The notes: generated by a model not told the origin, from the sequence alone. Counted from the first letter of the stretch, positions 9,925 through 19,368 are shown. The stretch: DNA of 64,000 nt from an uncultured Acidobacteriota bacterium (GCA_963842075.1 CAWJFA010000017.1:664-64663), one strand, 5' to 3'. Made by a program: numbers and translations.

Positions 9925-12597
9925 ATGCCGCTGTTGCCTAAAGTCAAAAAGCCGCCTAAAGTCAAAAAGCCCGCATCGCAGCCCCCTCCATTTCAATTCC
10001 ATTTCAAGCCAACGCGCCAGCCCATGTTCTGGGCCGCGCTGGCCTACGCTTCCGGCATAATTGCCGGCACTTACCTTTCGCGTCCCGTGTCATGGTGGCT
10101 GGCGGCGGGAGTCGCATTTTTCGCTGCGGGCCTGTATTTCCTTCGCAGACGCCAATGGCTCGCGGCAGCCCTCGCTCTGGGCACGCTCTTCCTTGCCGGA
10201 GCGCTTCACATCGAACTGCGCGGAACAGCCAGTGTTCCCGATCCCAGCCTCAACAGCTTCGCCGACGGCCAGCAACTGGAGATGACGGCGCACGTCACGC
10301 GAGAGGGTAAGTTACGCGAAGGAGTCGGCAACGAAATCCGGCAGTCTCTCGACGTAGAAACCGAAGAAATCATCGCCGGGAATGGCAAAATCATTCCGCT
10401 GCATTCTGGCGTTCGTCTCGGAATTTATGGAATCCGCCCCACCGGTCCCCAGTCGGCTCAGCAAATCAGCGAACCCACAACCCCCATGCGCATTTTCCGC
10501 TACGGTGAACGCATCCGCCTTCCCCTCAGGCTGAAGCTTCCGCGCAATTTCCGCAACCCCGGGGCCTTCGACTATCAGGGTTATCTTGCGGCAAATGGCA
10601 TCGCAGCGCTGGGCTCTGCCAAGGCCGAAGACGTGCAAATGCTGCCCGGCTTCGCAGGCCGCCGCGTAGAACTCTGGCGCACCCAAATTCATTCCAGCAT
10701 CATCGCCAAAGTGCACTCGCTTTGGTCGCCCCCGCAGGCCGCTCTGATTGACGCCATGGTCATCGGCGAAGAAGCCTTCATCGATCGCGACACGCGCGTC
10801 GATTTCCAGCGCTCCGGCACCTATCACATTCTCGTCGTCTCCGGGATGAACGTCACCATCCTCGCATTCGTCGTTTTCTGGACGCTGCGCCGCATTCGCC
10901 TCTCGGACATTCCTGCAACCCTGCTTACCATTCTCTTCTGCGTTGCCTATGCCTTTTTAACCGAAGTCGGCGCACCGGTTTGGCGAGCCACGCTGATGTG
11001 CGCCATCTATCTTGGTACGCGCCTGCTCTACCGCGACCGTTGCATGGTCAATGCGCTCGGGACAGCCGCTCTTGGCTTGCTGGTATTCGATCCGCGACAG
11101 CTCTTTACCGCCAGTTTCCAGATGACATTTGTCTGCGTCCTCATCGTTGCCGCAATCGGTGTGCCCCTCGCAGAGCGCACCTCGCGCCTCTACCGCCACG
11201 CGCCGGCACACTGGGACGCGGACGATTATGGTCCATCGCTGCCTCCGCGGATCGCACAGTTTCGTCTCGATCTGCGCTTGATTGCAGGCCGGCTCGCGCG
11301 TTTTCTCGGGACACCAGCGTCGTTGCGGCTAGTGCGCGCCCTCGTCATAGTTTGCCTCGCGAGCTTTGAATTATTGCTGGTATCGGCCGTGATGCAGGCC
11401 GGATTAGCGCTGCCCATGGCGTATTACTTTCACCGCGCTACTACCATCGGCCTACCCGCCAACGTTGCCGTCGTTCTCCTCACCCAGCTTCTCATGCCCG
11501 CCGCCATACTCACTGTCGGGCTGGCTTACATTTCTCCCGTGCTCGCGAAACTTCCAGCGCTTCTCACCGCCTTCGCGCTTCAGGCGATCACCGGCACAGT
11601 GCATAGCTTAGGAGGTTTGCGGTTGGCCGATCTGCGTGTTGCTACCCCATCTCTCGTGATCATCGCGGCATCTTCCGTCGCGCTGGTCCTCGCCATGGTA
11701 TTCGCGCGCAGGCGTATGCTGCTCGCGGTCTCGGGACTGCTCGCGCTCCTGCTGGCATCCCTGGCGCTCGCATTCGTCCCTCCAAAACCTCAAACGCGGG
11801 CCGGAGTGCTCGAAGTAACTTCCATCGACGTGGGCGAGGGAGACGCCATCCTGTTGGTCACTCCGCAAGGGCGCACCTTGCTCATCGATGCCGGCGGGCC
11901 CATCTTCGGCGCTGGTTCGCAACTCGACTTTGGCGAAGATGTAGTTGCGCCTTACCTGTGGACGCGCGGCATCTCCCGCCTCGATGCCGTCGCCATTTCA
12001 CATGGACATTCCGATCACATCGGCGGCATGCCCGCCGTGCTGAAAGATTTCCGCCCGAAAGAGCTGTGGATCGGCCTGCTGCCGCCCAGTCACGCGCTCG
12101 AAAACCTCATCGCAGAGGCCCGCACCCTTGGAATTAAAGTTGTGCGCCATTGGGAGGGAGACAAATTTTACTTGGGAGGCGCCACGGTCGATGTGCTTTT
12201 TCCTCCGCAGGACTGGCCCGTCGGCCTCGAGCCAAAAAACAACGATTCCATGGTTCTCCACGTCAGCTATGGCGCAACCTCCGTATTACTCGAGGGCGAC
12301 GCCGAAAAAGCGGTCGAGCGCCGCATCGCCAGCCTGCATCATCCTCACGCCGACCTCTTAAAGGTCGGGCATCACGGCAGCGCCACATCCACCACCCCGG
12401 AAATTCTGCAGACGGTGAACCCTCGCTTCGCCGTGATCTCGGTTGGCTTCAGAACATCCTTCGGCCTGCCCAAACAAAGCGTTCTGCAGCGTCTGCAATC
12501 CGCCGGTGTCACCGTCTACCGCACCGATATGAACGGCGCAGTAACCTTCTACCTCGACGGCCACACCGTCACCCCTTGGCTGCCAGCTTTTCAGTAA
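9925..12597 (+). CDS. comEC: DNA internalization-related competence protein ComEC/Rec2
   Basis: Multi-TM competence domain plus C-terminal metallo-beta-lactamase domain (ISHGHSDHIGG, LKVGHHGS). Start ambiguous: ATG 9925 adds a PKVKKP-PKVKKP repeat; ATG 10024 (MFWAALAYASG) is the alternative. Confidence 0.88.
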   Translation: MPLLPKVKKPPKVKKPASQPPPFQFHFKPTRQPMFWAALAYASGIIAGTYLSRPVSWWLAAGVAFFAAGLYFLRRRQWLAAALALGTLFLAGALHIELRGTASVPDPSLNSFADGQQLEMTAHVTREGKLREGVGNEIRQSLDVETEEIIAGNGKIIPLHSGVRLGIYGIRPTGPQSAQQISEPTTPMRIFRYGERIRLPLRLKLPRNFRNPGAFDYQGYLAANGIAALGSAKAEDVQMLPGFAGRRVELWRTQIHSSIIAKVHSLWSPPQAALIDAMVIGEEAFIDRDTRVDFQRSGTYHILVVSGMNVTILAFVVFWTLRRIRLSDIPATLLTILFCVAYAFLTEVGAPVWRATLMCAIYLGTRLLYRDRCMVNALGTAALGLLVFDPRQLFTASFQMTFVCVLIVAAIGVPLAERTSRLYRHAPAHWDADDYGPSLPPRIAQFRLDLRLIAGRLARFLGTPASLRLVRALVIVCLASFELLLVSAVMQAGLALPMAYYFHRATTIGLPANVAVVLLTQLLMPAAILTVGLAYISPVLAKLPALLTAFALQAITGTVHSLGGLRLADLRVATPSLVIIAASSVALVLAMVFARRRMLLAVSGLLALLLASLALAFVPPKPQTRAGVLEVTSIDVGEGDAILLVTPQGRTLLIDAGGPIFGAGSQLDFGEDVVAPYLWTRGISRLDAVAISHGHSDHIGGMPAVLKDFRPKELWIGLLPPSHALENLIAEARTLGIKVVRHWEGDKFYLGGATVDVLFPPQDWPVGLEPKNNDSMVLHVSYGATSVLLEGDAEKAVERRIASLHHPHADLLKVGHHGSATSTTPEILQTVNPRFAVISVGFRTSFGLPKQSVLQRLQSAGVTVYRTDMNGAVTFYLDGHTVTPWLPAFQ
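9936..9971 (+). repeat. perfect 18-bp tandem direct repeat (GCCTAAAGTCAAAAAGCC x2)
   Basis: 9936-9953 equals 9954-9971. Lies between the two candidate comEC starts. Confidence 0.95.
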
Positions 12598-12723
12598 TTT
12601 GGTTTCACGCGGGCTTATAGCCGCGGGGCGGCGTCAGAATACAGAAAAGCGGATCGAAACCGAGCCCCGAAGGGATGTCAGAGAAGCTAGAACAGACTAC
12701 TAAGCAGCGTCTTCCACAACGAC

Positions 12724-13038
12724 TCAACCCTTGGTCTCATCATCATCCGCTTCATTCGCAGACTCCGCCGCCAACGAACTCTGCCGCGACTCCGCAATCA
12801 ACCGGCGCGCTTTCTCCGCATCTTCTTCCCGCACCAGAATGATCATTCCCCCCATCCCCGGAAACGCATCCTGCAAAAGACTCGCGGACGCAAGGTCGCT
12901 CTCAATATTCGCAGAATCGAGCAGACCCTTCACCACCAATGCCTCCGACTCCTCTTCGCTGTCGAAAACCTTCACCAGTTTTTCATTGGGATCGGGCCGC
13001 CGTCGTTCTTCCGTGGTCGCATCAGGTTGCTTTGCCAT
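12724..13038 (-). CDS. DUF2007-like small protein (putative signal-transducing protein fold)
   Basis: 104 aa. LVKVFDSEEESEALVVKGLLDSANIES...PGMGGMIILVREEDAEKARRLI matches the DUF2007 pattern as I remember it. Confidence 0.55.
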   Translation of the reverse strand: MAKQPDATTEERRRPDPNEKLVKVFDSEEESEALVVKGLLDSANIESDLASASLLQDAFPGMGGMIILVREEDAEKARRLIAESRQSSLAAESANEADDDETKG

Positions 13039-13314
13039 AGGTCTCCTCTTCTCGAAATCGGCCAGCGAAGACAGCTCAGACTCCGCTCCCCGATTCTAAC
13101 CCTTCTGACTATTTCGTAACATTCAAGTGGATGAGCTTTCCTGCCTCAAGGTTGTGACTCCACCTGCGCCGCAGACCCAGCACTTTCGGGCCGTTTGTTT
13201 TTTCTCCCAATCGGCGCAAAATGGTGAAAATGGGCGCAACAGCGCGCTGCGCCGCTACATCCAAAAACTGTGGGCTAATAGTTACGCAAGTTGTAAGGCG
13301 AAAAAGGGGCCAGA

Positions 13315-13617
13315 ATGAATATTGGGGAACCGGCGAACCATGAGAAGAATTCACATCCCGCAAGCCAGCGCGTAACCGAGTCCGCAACCGAATCCGACGA
13401 CGAAGCCCGCAGAATCCGTCGCCTCCAGATCATGATGAGCATGGTCACTTCCGTGATCAGCCAGGACCCCAGCCTCACCGTGGAAGAAGCCTCAGAACTC
13501 GCAGCCGGCGCCAAACGTGCCGCCCTCGCCATGTTCCCCGACAAGGAACTCGCCTACGATCTCCTTTACAAGCCGCGCCTGCAGCGCCTGATGCGAGAAC
13601 GCTTCCGCCTGCAATAA
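13315..13617 (+). CDS. hypothetical protein
   Basis: 100-aa ORF diverging from 12724..13038. GC3-rich. No recognisable motif. Confidence 0.4.
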   Translation: MNIGEPANHEKNSHPASQRVTESATESDDEARRIRRLQIMMSMVTSVISQDPSLTVEEASELAAGAKRAALAMFPDKELAYDLLYKPRLQRLMRERFRLQ

Positions 13618-13622
13618 AAATC

Positions 13623-13682
13623 GCCGATCACTGATCACGACCCCAGATCGCTGATCACGACCGCCGATCGCTGACAGCTGCC
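13623..13682 (+). repeat. three ~20-nt tandem units with TGATCA/TGACAG cores
   Basis: CCGATCACTGATCACGACC / CCAGATCGCTGATCACGACC / GCCGATCGCTGACAGCTGCC. TGA at 13632, 13652 and 13672 (three different frames). TGATCA is palindromic. Confidence 0.85.
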
Positions 13683-13693
13683 GCCCACCGTTC

Positions 13694-14494
13694 CTACTCA
13701 TCCACCACAGAATTCCTCAGCGACCCCACTCCCTCCACGCTGACTTCCATCACCTCTCCCGCCACCACCGGCCCCACTCCCTGCGGCGTCCCCGTCGCAA
13801 TCAGATCGCCCGGATAAAGCGTCATCGCCTCCGCGATGTAACGCATGACAACGTCCACCATGAAAATAAAATCCCGCGTATTTCCATTCTGCCGCACCGT
13901 TCCGTTGACCCGCGTTTCCACTCCCACCCCCGCCCACGGATCAAGCCCATCCGCCACCACCGGCCCCACTGGACAGAACGTATCAAAGCCCTTCGCGCGC
14001 GCCCACTGCCCATCTTTCTTCTGCAAATCGCGCGCCGTAACATCGTTCAGGCATGTATACCCGAGAATGTATGGCCGCACATCTTCGTCCGTCCTCAACT
14101 TATAGCAAGTCTTCCCTATCACCACGCACAGCTCGCCTTCATAATCCACGCGTTGCGAAAGCTTCGGCCTTCGCACCACTCCTCCCGGCGCCAGCAATGA
14201 CGAACTAGGTTTGAAAAATAGCAGCGGCTCCGTAGGGATCTCATTCCCAAGCTCGGCTGCATGTTCCCGATAGTTCCGCCCCACGCACACAATCTTTGTC
14301 GGACGCACCGGGGGCAGCAACTCCGCCTCCTCCAGCACAATCGGTTCGATCCTGCGCGAGCGCAACCCTTCCACATCCCCATCCGAATCTTCCGGCGGCG
14401 TCAGCAGAATTCGCACAATCGCATCTCGCCCCGCCACAGACTCCACTAACCCGTAATAAGCCTGTCCATTCAGTTGAAAGCGGCAATATTTCAT
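13694..14494 (-). CDS. fumarylacetoacetate hydrolase (FAH) family protein
   Basis: 266 aa. KIVCVGRNYREHAAELG, LLFFKPSSSL, DYEGELCVVIGK, GDLIATGTPQGVG. Confidence 0.9.
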   Translation of the reverse strand: MKYCRFQLNGQAYYGLVESVAGRDAIVRILLTPPEDSDGDVEGLRSRRIEPIVLEEAELLPPVRPTKIVCVGRNYREHAAELGNEIPTEPLLFFKPSSSLLAPGGVVRRPKLSQRVDYEGELCVVIGKTCYKLRTDEDVRPYILGYTCLNDVTARDLQKKDGQWARAKGFDTFCPVGPVVADGLDPWAGVGVETRVNGTVRQNGNTRDFIFMVDVVMRYIAEAMTLYPGDLIATGTPQGVGPVVAGEVMEVSVEGVGSLRNSVVDE

Positions 14495-14549
14495 ATCAAA
14501 TCCACCTGACCACGAGTGACGAAAACAAGAGTGACAAAAATTAGGTCAC

Positions 14550-14611
14550 TGTCATCCTGAGCGGAGCAATTGCTATCGCGAAGCGAAAGCAATTGCGCAG
14601 TCGAAGGATCC
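14550..14611 (-). repeat. family-1 palindromic element, full copy
   Basis: + strand TGTCATCCTGAGCGGAGCAATTGCTATCGCGAAGCGAAAGCAATTGCGCAGTCGAAGGATCC. Variant inner stem GCAATTGC. Confidence 0.9.
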
Positions 14612-14653
14612 CTACCTACAACCGCGAACCCGCAAGCAGTTCTACTCGCAGCG

Positions 14654-16834
14654 CTACGCCCGCTGCGTTCCTCCCAGCCCCTGCAGCGCCTTCACAATCT
14701 GCCCTGCCCACGCCGCAATCTGATCATCCCGCAGCGTCCCTTCATCCGATTGCATCTTTGCCCGCAGCAGAATCGAATACTTCCCCGCTTCAATCGACCC
14801 GCCGCGAAAAATTTCCACCGGCTCGAATTCCCGCAGCTCCGGCAAGCGCAGCTTCATCACCACCTGTCGCATCTGTTCGAACTCCACTTCATCGCCAAAT
14901 ACAAACGAGAAATCGCGCTCCACTGCAGGATATTTTCCCAGCGGTGCGAACCTTACCTGCCGCAGCCCGCGCGCATGCAGCCGCTCCAGATCAAGCTCCG
15001 CCAGAAAAACATCCTGCCGCAACTTGCGCTCCGTTTTCACCTCTTCGGCAATCTGCCCGAACTGCGCCACCACCGCCCCATCCATCACCGCCCGCGCCGA
15101 GCGTCCGGGATGAAAGTATTCCGCCGTCTCCCGGTCGAACCTCAGTTCGCCGCAGGCAAACGCCGCCAGCAAATTTTCCACATCGCCCTTGAACGAACGA
15201 AACGCCTCCACTGCCGCCGCATGTTCTCCTTTGCTCACATCCAGCATCCCGCCCGCCGGAAGGGTTGCTTTTACCGCGGCCAGCGTCGCCCCCAAACACG
15301 CGCGCGCCGGTTCAACCCGCTCGCCATCTCGGATTTCATACACCTGGCCCATTTCGAATAAGCGCACATTCTCGGAATCGCGATTCAAATTCCACGCCAG
15401 CATGTCGAGCATGCCCGGAGCCATCGACGTCCGCATCACACTCGCTTCTTCGCTCAGCGGATTCTCCAGCTCCAGCACGGTCGACCCGCTTGAAGACGAA
15501 AATCTCTCCGCATCGGCATGGGAAATAAATGTCAGCGAAACTGCTTCGTTGTAACCCAGCGCCAGAGCCCGCCCGCGCAAAGTCGCGTCCATGGCGGCGT
15601 GCGGCAGTTCCACCACCGCGCCGCTGTAAGCCGGCAAAGTGTTCTCGAACTTGTCGTAGCCGTGCAACCGCGCGATCTCTTCGATGACGTCAATCTCGCG
15701 CTCCACATCCAGGCGCCAACTCGGAATCTGCACCCGAAACTCCGCCTCCTCCTGGCCTTCCGGGATTACGCCGAAGCCCAGCTTCTTCAGGATGCGGAAA
15801 ATTTCTCCCACGCTCAAATTCCCGCCCAGGATGCGCTGCACCTCGGAGAGCCGCAACATCACCGGCGCCTGGTCCATCTTTTTCGACACCACATCGATCG
15901 CGTCGCCCACCAGTTCTCCGCCACCCGACGCGAGAATCAGCTCCGCCACCAGATCGCACGACAATACCGTCGACTCGAAATCCGCTCCGCGCTCAAATCG
16001 GTGCGACGCGTCCGTGTGAATCCCATGTCGCCGCGAAGTTTTCCGCACCGTCACCGGATCCCACCACGCCGATTCGATCAGGATATTTTTCGTCTTCGCC
16101 GTGATCATAGTGTCGAACCCGCCCATCACCCCCGCCAGCCCGACAGGTCTTTTCGCATCCGCCACCACCAGATCGTCAGATGTAAGCGTGCGCTCCACTC
16201 CGTCCAGCGTCTTGAGCTTTTCGCCGTCTTTCGCGCGGCGAATAATCAGTTTCCCGCCCTCCAGTAAATCCATGTCAAAAACATGCGTCGGTTTGCCCAT
16301 CTCCCATAGAACATAATTCGTGGCATCAACCGCGCTGCTGATCGGCCGCTGGTCGAGCAACCGCAAACGCCGCGAAATCTTTTCCGGCGAAGCCCCAACC
16401 GTAGTTCCACGAATCACCCGCGCCGAAAATCGCGGACAAAGTTCCGGCTCCTCCACGGTAATCGGGAAGGACGCATCTTTCGAAATGCCTGGGGACAGCA
16501 CCGCCGGGAAGGGCACGACTTCAGTCGTGCCGTTAGAGCTCGGGGAAAATGCGGCTTTAGCCGCTGAGGTACGCCTTCCGGCTGACGGCTTACGGCTGAA
16601 AGCTGACAGCTCCTTCAACGGCAAGTCATAAATCGCCGCCGCCTCCCGCGCCACTCCATAATGATTCATCGCATCCGGACGATTCGTCCCAATCTCCATC
16701 TCAAACACAGTGTCCGCACCCGACCCGCTGATCCCCTCGACCGCAATGCCGCAAGCAGTCAAATCCTCAGCCAGCCGCCCGTCATCGACGGAGAGCTCAA
16801 CAAACTCCCGCACCCACTCTGGAGAAATTTTCAT
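14654..16834 (-). CDS. pheT: phenylalanine--tRNA ligase beta subunit
   Basis: 726 aa. MKISPEWVREFV start, B3/4 domain (PITVEEPELCPRF, DATNYVLWEMGKPTHVFD), B5 and C-terminal anticodon-binding-like domain. Lacks the N-terminal OB tRNA-binding domain. Has a low-complexity insertion at residues ~76-122. Confidence 0.95.
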   Translation of the reverse strand: MKISPEWVREFVELSVDDGRLAEDLTACGIAVEGISGSGADTVFEMEIGTNRPDAMNHYGVAREAAAIYDLPLKELSAFSRKPSAGRRTSAAKAAFSPSSNGTTEVVPFPAVLSPGISKDASFPITVEEPELCPRFSARVIRGTTVGASPEKISRRLRLLDQRPISSAVDATNYVLWEMGKPTHVFDMDLLEGGKLIIRRAKDGEKLKTLDGVERTLTSDDLVVADAKRPVGLAGVMGGFDTMITAKTKNILIESAWWDPVTVRKTSRRHGIHTDASHRFERGADFESTVLSCDLVAELILASGGGELVGDAIDVVSKKMDQAPVMLRLSEVQRILGGNLSVGEIFRILKKLGFGVIPEGQEEAEFRVQIPSWRLDVEREIDVIEEIARLHGYDKFENTLPAYSGAVVELPHAAMDATLRGRALALGYNEAVSLTFISHADAERFSSSSGSTVLELENPLSEEASVMRTSMAPGMLDMLAWNLNRDSENVRLFEMGQVYEIRDGERVEPARACLGATLAAVKATLPAGGMLDVSKGEHAAAVEAFRSFKGDVENLLAAFACGELRFDRETAEYFHPGRSARAVMDGAVVAQFGQIAEEVKTERKLRQDVFLAELDLERLHARGLRQVRFAPLGKYPAVERDFSFVFGDEVEFEQMRQVVMKLRLPELREFEPVEIFRGGSIEAGKYSILLRAKMQSDEGTLRDDQIAAWAGQIVKALQGLGGTQRA

Positions 16835-16851
16835 GACGTTCTAGAATGCTC

Positions 16852-16887
16852 TGTCATCCTGAGGCGCGTTTTTCGCGCCGAAGGACC
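16852..16887 (-). repeat. family-1 element, short variant
   Basis: TGTCATCCTGAGGCGCGTTTTTCGCGCCGAAGGACC. Lies between pheS and pheT. Confidence 0.85.
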
Positions 16888-16945
16888 TCTGCAACTAAGC
16901 TCTGAAAACGGTCGCATCGAGGAATTTTCCCGATGCTCTCGCCCA

Positions 16946-17128
16946 CTAGACCTTCCCTCGCTGGCGGTATGTGACCGCAACATCGTTTATCCACGCAATC
17001 TCAGCATCCCGGGCCGTTATATGGATAAACGCATTCCACTCGTCCACCCAGAGATCGACGGAAATACGCAGCACCTCGGAATCATGCAAACTATTGGGCA
17101 GCGCATTTTCAAGTTCCTCTAGCGTCAC
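16946..17128 (-). CDS. small hypothetical ORF in the pheS-pheT spacer
   Basis: 60 codons, GTG start, no SD, lower GC than its neighbours (MTLEELENALPNSLHDSEVLRISVDLWVDEW...). May be a gene remnant. Confidence 0.25.
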   Translation of the reverse strand: MTLEELENALPNSLHDSEVLRISVDLWVDEWNAFIHITARDAEIAWINDVAVTYRQRGKV

Positions 17129-17147
17129 AAATTGATCATCTCGAAAA

Positions 17148-17173
17148 GCTAGGGGCTAGCAGCTAGAAGCTAC
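17148..17173 (+). repeat. GCTAG heptamer repeats just downstream of pheS
   Basis: GCTAGGG GCTAGCA GCTAGAA GCTACC. TAG at 17150, 17157 and 17164 (all three frames). CTAG is palindromic. Confidence 0.85.
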
Positions 17174-17174
17174 C

Positions 17175-18290
17175 TTACCCCCACTGCCTCAAAAACCTCA
17201 CATCCCCCTGAAAGAACAACTGAATATCATCCACGCCATACTTCAACAAAGCGATCCGGTCCGCGCCCATCCCAAAGGCAAATCCCGAAACTTTCTTCGG
17301 GTCATATCCGTTCTCTTTTACAAACCCAAACACATTCGGATCGACCATCCCACACCCCAGAATCTCAATCCACCCCGTCTGCTTGCACGGACGGCAGGGT
17401 TCACTGCCGCGCCTCCCGCTCCCACCGCAAATAAAGCACGAAACAAACATCTCCGCGCTCGGCTCGGTGAACGGAAAAAACGACGGACGAAAGCTGGTCT
17501 TCACGCTCGACCCAAAAAATTCCTTCATCGCATGATCGAGCGTCCCCTTCAAATCGCCAAACGTAATATTGGTATCGACCGCCAGCCCTTCGATCTGATG
17601 AAACATCGGCGAGTGGCTCGCGTCCGGAGGATCGTTGCGATGCACTGTCCCGGGAATCACAATGCGCAGCGGCGGCCGCATCTTTTCCATGGTGCGAATC
17701 TGCACCGGAGAAGTATGCGTGCGCAGCAGCAGCCGTTCGCGCTGCGCCTTCGACTGCTGCCCCGCGATGAACAAAGTATCCTGCGTATCCCGCGCCGGAT
17801 GATTGGGAGGAAAATTCAGCGACTCAAAATTGTAGTAGTCAGTCTCCACCACAGGCCCCTCAGCCACCGAGTAGCCAAGTCTCTGAAACACCCCCACCAT
17901 CTCCCGCGAAGTCCGCATCACCGGATGTTCCGCCCCAATGGGACGCCGAATTCCAGGAAGAGAAATATCCACGCGCCCCGCAGCCGACGCCCCACTGTCG
18001 ACTCGCGTGATCTGCGCACCGTCCACAACCTCCTGAATGCGCGTCTTCAATTCATTAACGCGAATCCCTGCCTCGCGCTTCGCATCCTTGGGAGCGCCCT
18101 TCAGCCACAACTCATTGATCTGTGTGAGGATTCCGTTCTTACGTCCCACCCACCGGTCGCGAAACGTCTTGAGTTCACCTTCATTGCGAACTGCCGCCGC
18201 CTCGTCCGTGCACGCGCGCACGCAACCCGCCGCGGCCTGCTCCAGCGCCGCCGCCGAATAATCCGTCAATTTGGAAACGGTATACGCCAT
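17175..18290 (-). CDS. pheS: phenylalanine--tRNA ligase alpha subunit
   Basis: 371 aa. HPVMRTSREMVGVFQRLGY, class II motifs (LLRTHTSPVQIR, FRPSFFPFTEPSAE, GFAFGMGADRIALL). Confidence 0.96.
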   Translation of the reverse strand: MAYTVSKLTDYSAAALEQAAAGCVRACTDEAAAVRNEGELKTFRDRWVGRKNGILTQINELWLKGAPKDAKREAGIRVNELKTRIQEVVDGAQITRVDSGASAAGRVDISLPGIRRPIGAEHPVMRTSREMVGVFQRLGYSVAEGPVVETDYYNFESLNFPPNHPARDTQDTLFIAGQQSKAQRERLLLRTHTSPVQIRTMEKMRPPLRIVIPGTVHRNDPPDASHSPMFHQIEGLAVDTNITFGDLKGTLDHAMKEFFGSSVKTSFRPSFFPFTEPSAEMFVSCFICGGSGRRGSEPCRPCKQTGWIEILGCGMVDPNVFGFVKENGYDPKKVSGFAFGMGADRIALLKYGVDDIQLFFQGDVRFLRQWG

Positions 18291-18317
18291 TCTCGTGCGC
18301 CAAACTCTCTAAAGGAT

Positions 18318-18379
18318 TGTCATCCTGAGCGGAGCAAACCGATTCGCTTCGCGAATCGGTTTACGGAGTCGAAGGATCC
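18318..18379 (-). repeat. family-1 palindromic element, full copy
   Basis: TGTCATCCTGAGCGGAGCAAACCGATTCGCTTCGCGAATCGGTTTACGGAGTCGAAGGATCC. Inner stem AAACCGATTCGC/GCGAATCGGTTT. Confidence 0.9.
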
Positions 18380-18440
18380 CTATCGGTTAAGTCACATCCT
18401 CGGCGTGGCAGGGAACTTACACCAATGCCTCCGAATGCAG

Positions 18441-18465
18441 ATTCCTCGCTTAGCTCGGGATGACA
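18441..18465 (+). repeat. family-1 3' half-element
   Basis: ATTCCTCGCTTAGCTCGGGATGACA. Confidence 0.7.
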
Positions 18466-18491
18466 AGTTATAAAGTTAAGGTCTTTAATTC

Positions 18492-18512
18492 GGCACGGCT
18501 GAATGCCGTGCC
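18492..18512. repeat. family-3 GC hairpin with TGAA-type loop
   Basis: GGCACGGC, loop TGAAT, GCCGTGCC, then ATTTCCC. Lies between rplT and pheS. Confidence 0.8.
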
Positions 18513-18546
18513 ATTTCCCGGTTTCGCGAGGCTCGCGGCTTGACGG

Positions 18547-18903
18547 CTACGCGATCGCGCCCTTGGCCTGCTCGACCAGATTCTTGAACGCCGCCGCATC
18601 CTTCACCGCCAGGTCGGCAAGAATTTTACGGTCGAGCTCCACCCCGGCGAGTTTCAATCCATGAATGAACTGGTTGTAGCTCATCCCGTTCAGCTTGGCG
18701 GCCGCGCCAATCCGGACGATCCACAGTGAGCGGTACTGCCGCTTGCGCTGCTTGCGTCCCGAATAAGCGAACTTCAGCCCGCGCTCCACTGCCTCTTTCG
18801 CCGAGCGGTAGAGTTTCGATTTAGTGAGGAAGTATCCGCTCGCGCGGTCTAATATCTTTTTGCGCTTGGCGCGGCGTTTGGTTCCGCGTTTTACACGAGG
18901 CAT
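18547..18903 (-). CDS. rplT: 50S ribosomal protein L20
   Basis: [25 protein letters not shown]... The track ORF extends 15 codons further, but ATG 18903 has a GGAG SD (GGAGAAAACC ATG) and gives the canonical N-terminus. Confidence 0.96.
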   Translation of the reverse strand: MPRVKRGTKRRAKRKKILDRASGYFLTKSKLYRSAKEAVERGLKFAYSGRKQRKRQYRSLWIVRIGAAAKLNGMSYNQFIHGLKLAGVELDRKILADLAVKDAAAFKNLVEQAKGAIA

Positions 18904-19096
18904 TGGTTTTCTCCTTTTTGCTTTCTCTGTGTCGGCGGCTGGAGGCAAGGACGATTCGCCGTTGCGGCGATCTCTGGCCTCTTCACGCGCCCCGCAGGCT
19001 CAATCTCAGCCCGCACTTCCTTCGTGATACTCCGCGTCCTTCGTGGTGAAAACCTTTTCCACTACAAAAGCCACTCCCGTACACAAAGGAAAATTT

Positions 19097-19294
19097 CTAC
19101 TGGTAAGGAATCATCCGCTTCACTTTGCGAAGGTCGCCGGGACTCACCAGCGTGCTCTTGCCCAGTTTTCGTTTGCGTTTCTTGTCTTTCGAGGTCAGGA
19201 TGTGGCGCAGGTGCGAATGTCCCCGCTTCACTTTCCCGGTCCCGGTTTTCTTGAAGCGCTTGGATGCGCCTTTATGCGTTTTCAATTTCGGCAT
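19097..19294 (-). CDS. rpmI: 50S ribosomal protein L35
   Basis: [36 protein letters not shown]. Confidence 0.96.
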   Translation of the reverse strand: MPKLKTHKGASKRFKKTGTGKVKRGHSHLRHILTSKDKKRKRKLGKSTLVSPGDLRKVKRMIPYQ

Positions 19295-19368
19295 AATCCC
19301 TCGTAATCAGCTGCAGGCTTCCCGCCATCAGCTCTGAAATGTTCTGGAATCTCCGCGACTCGCGGCAA

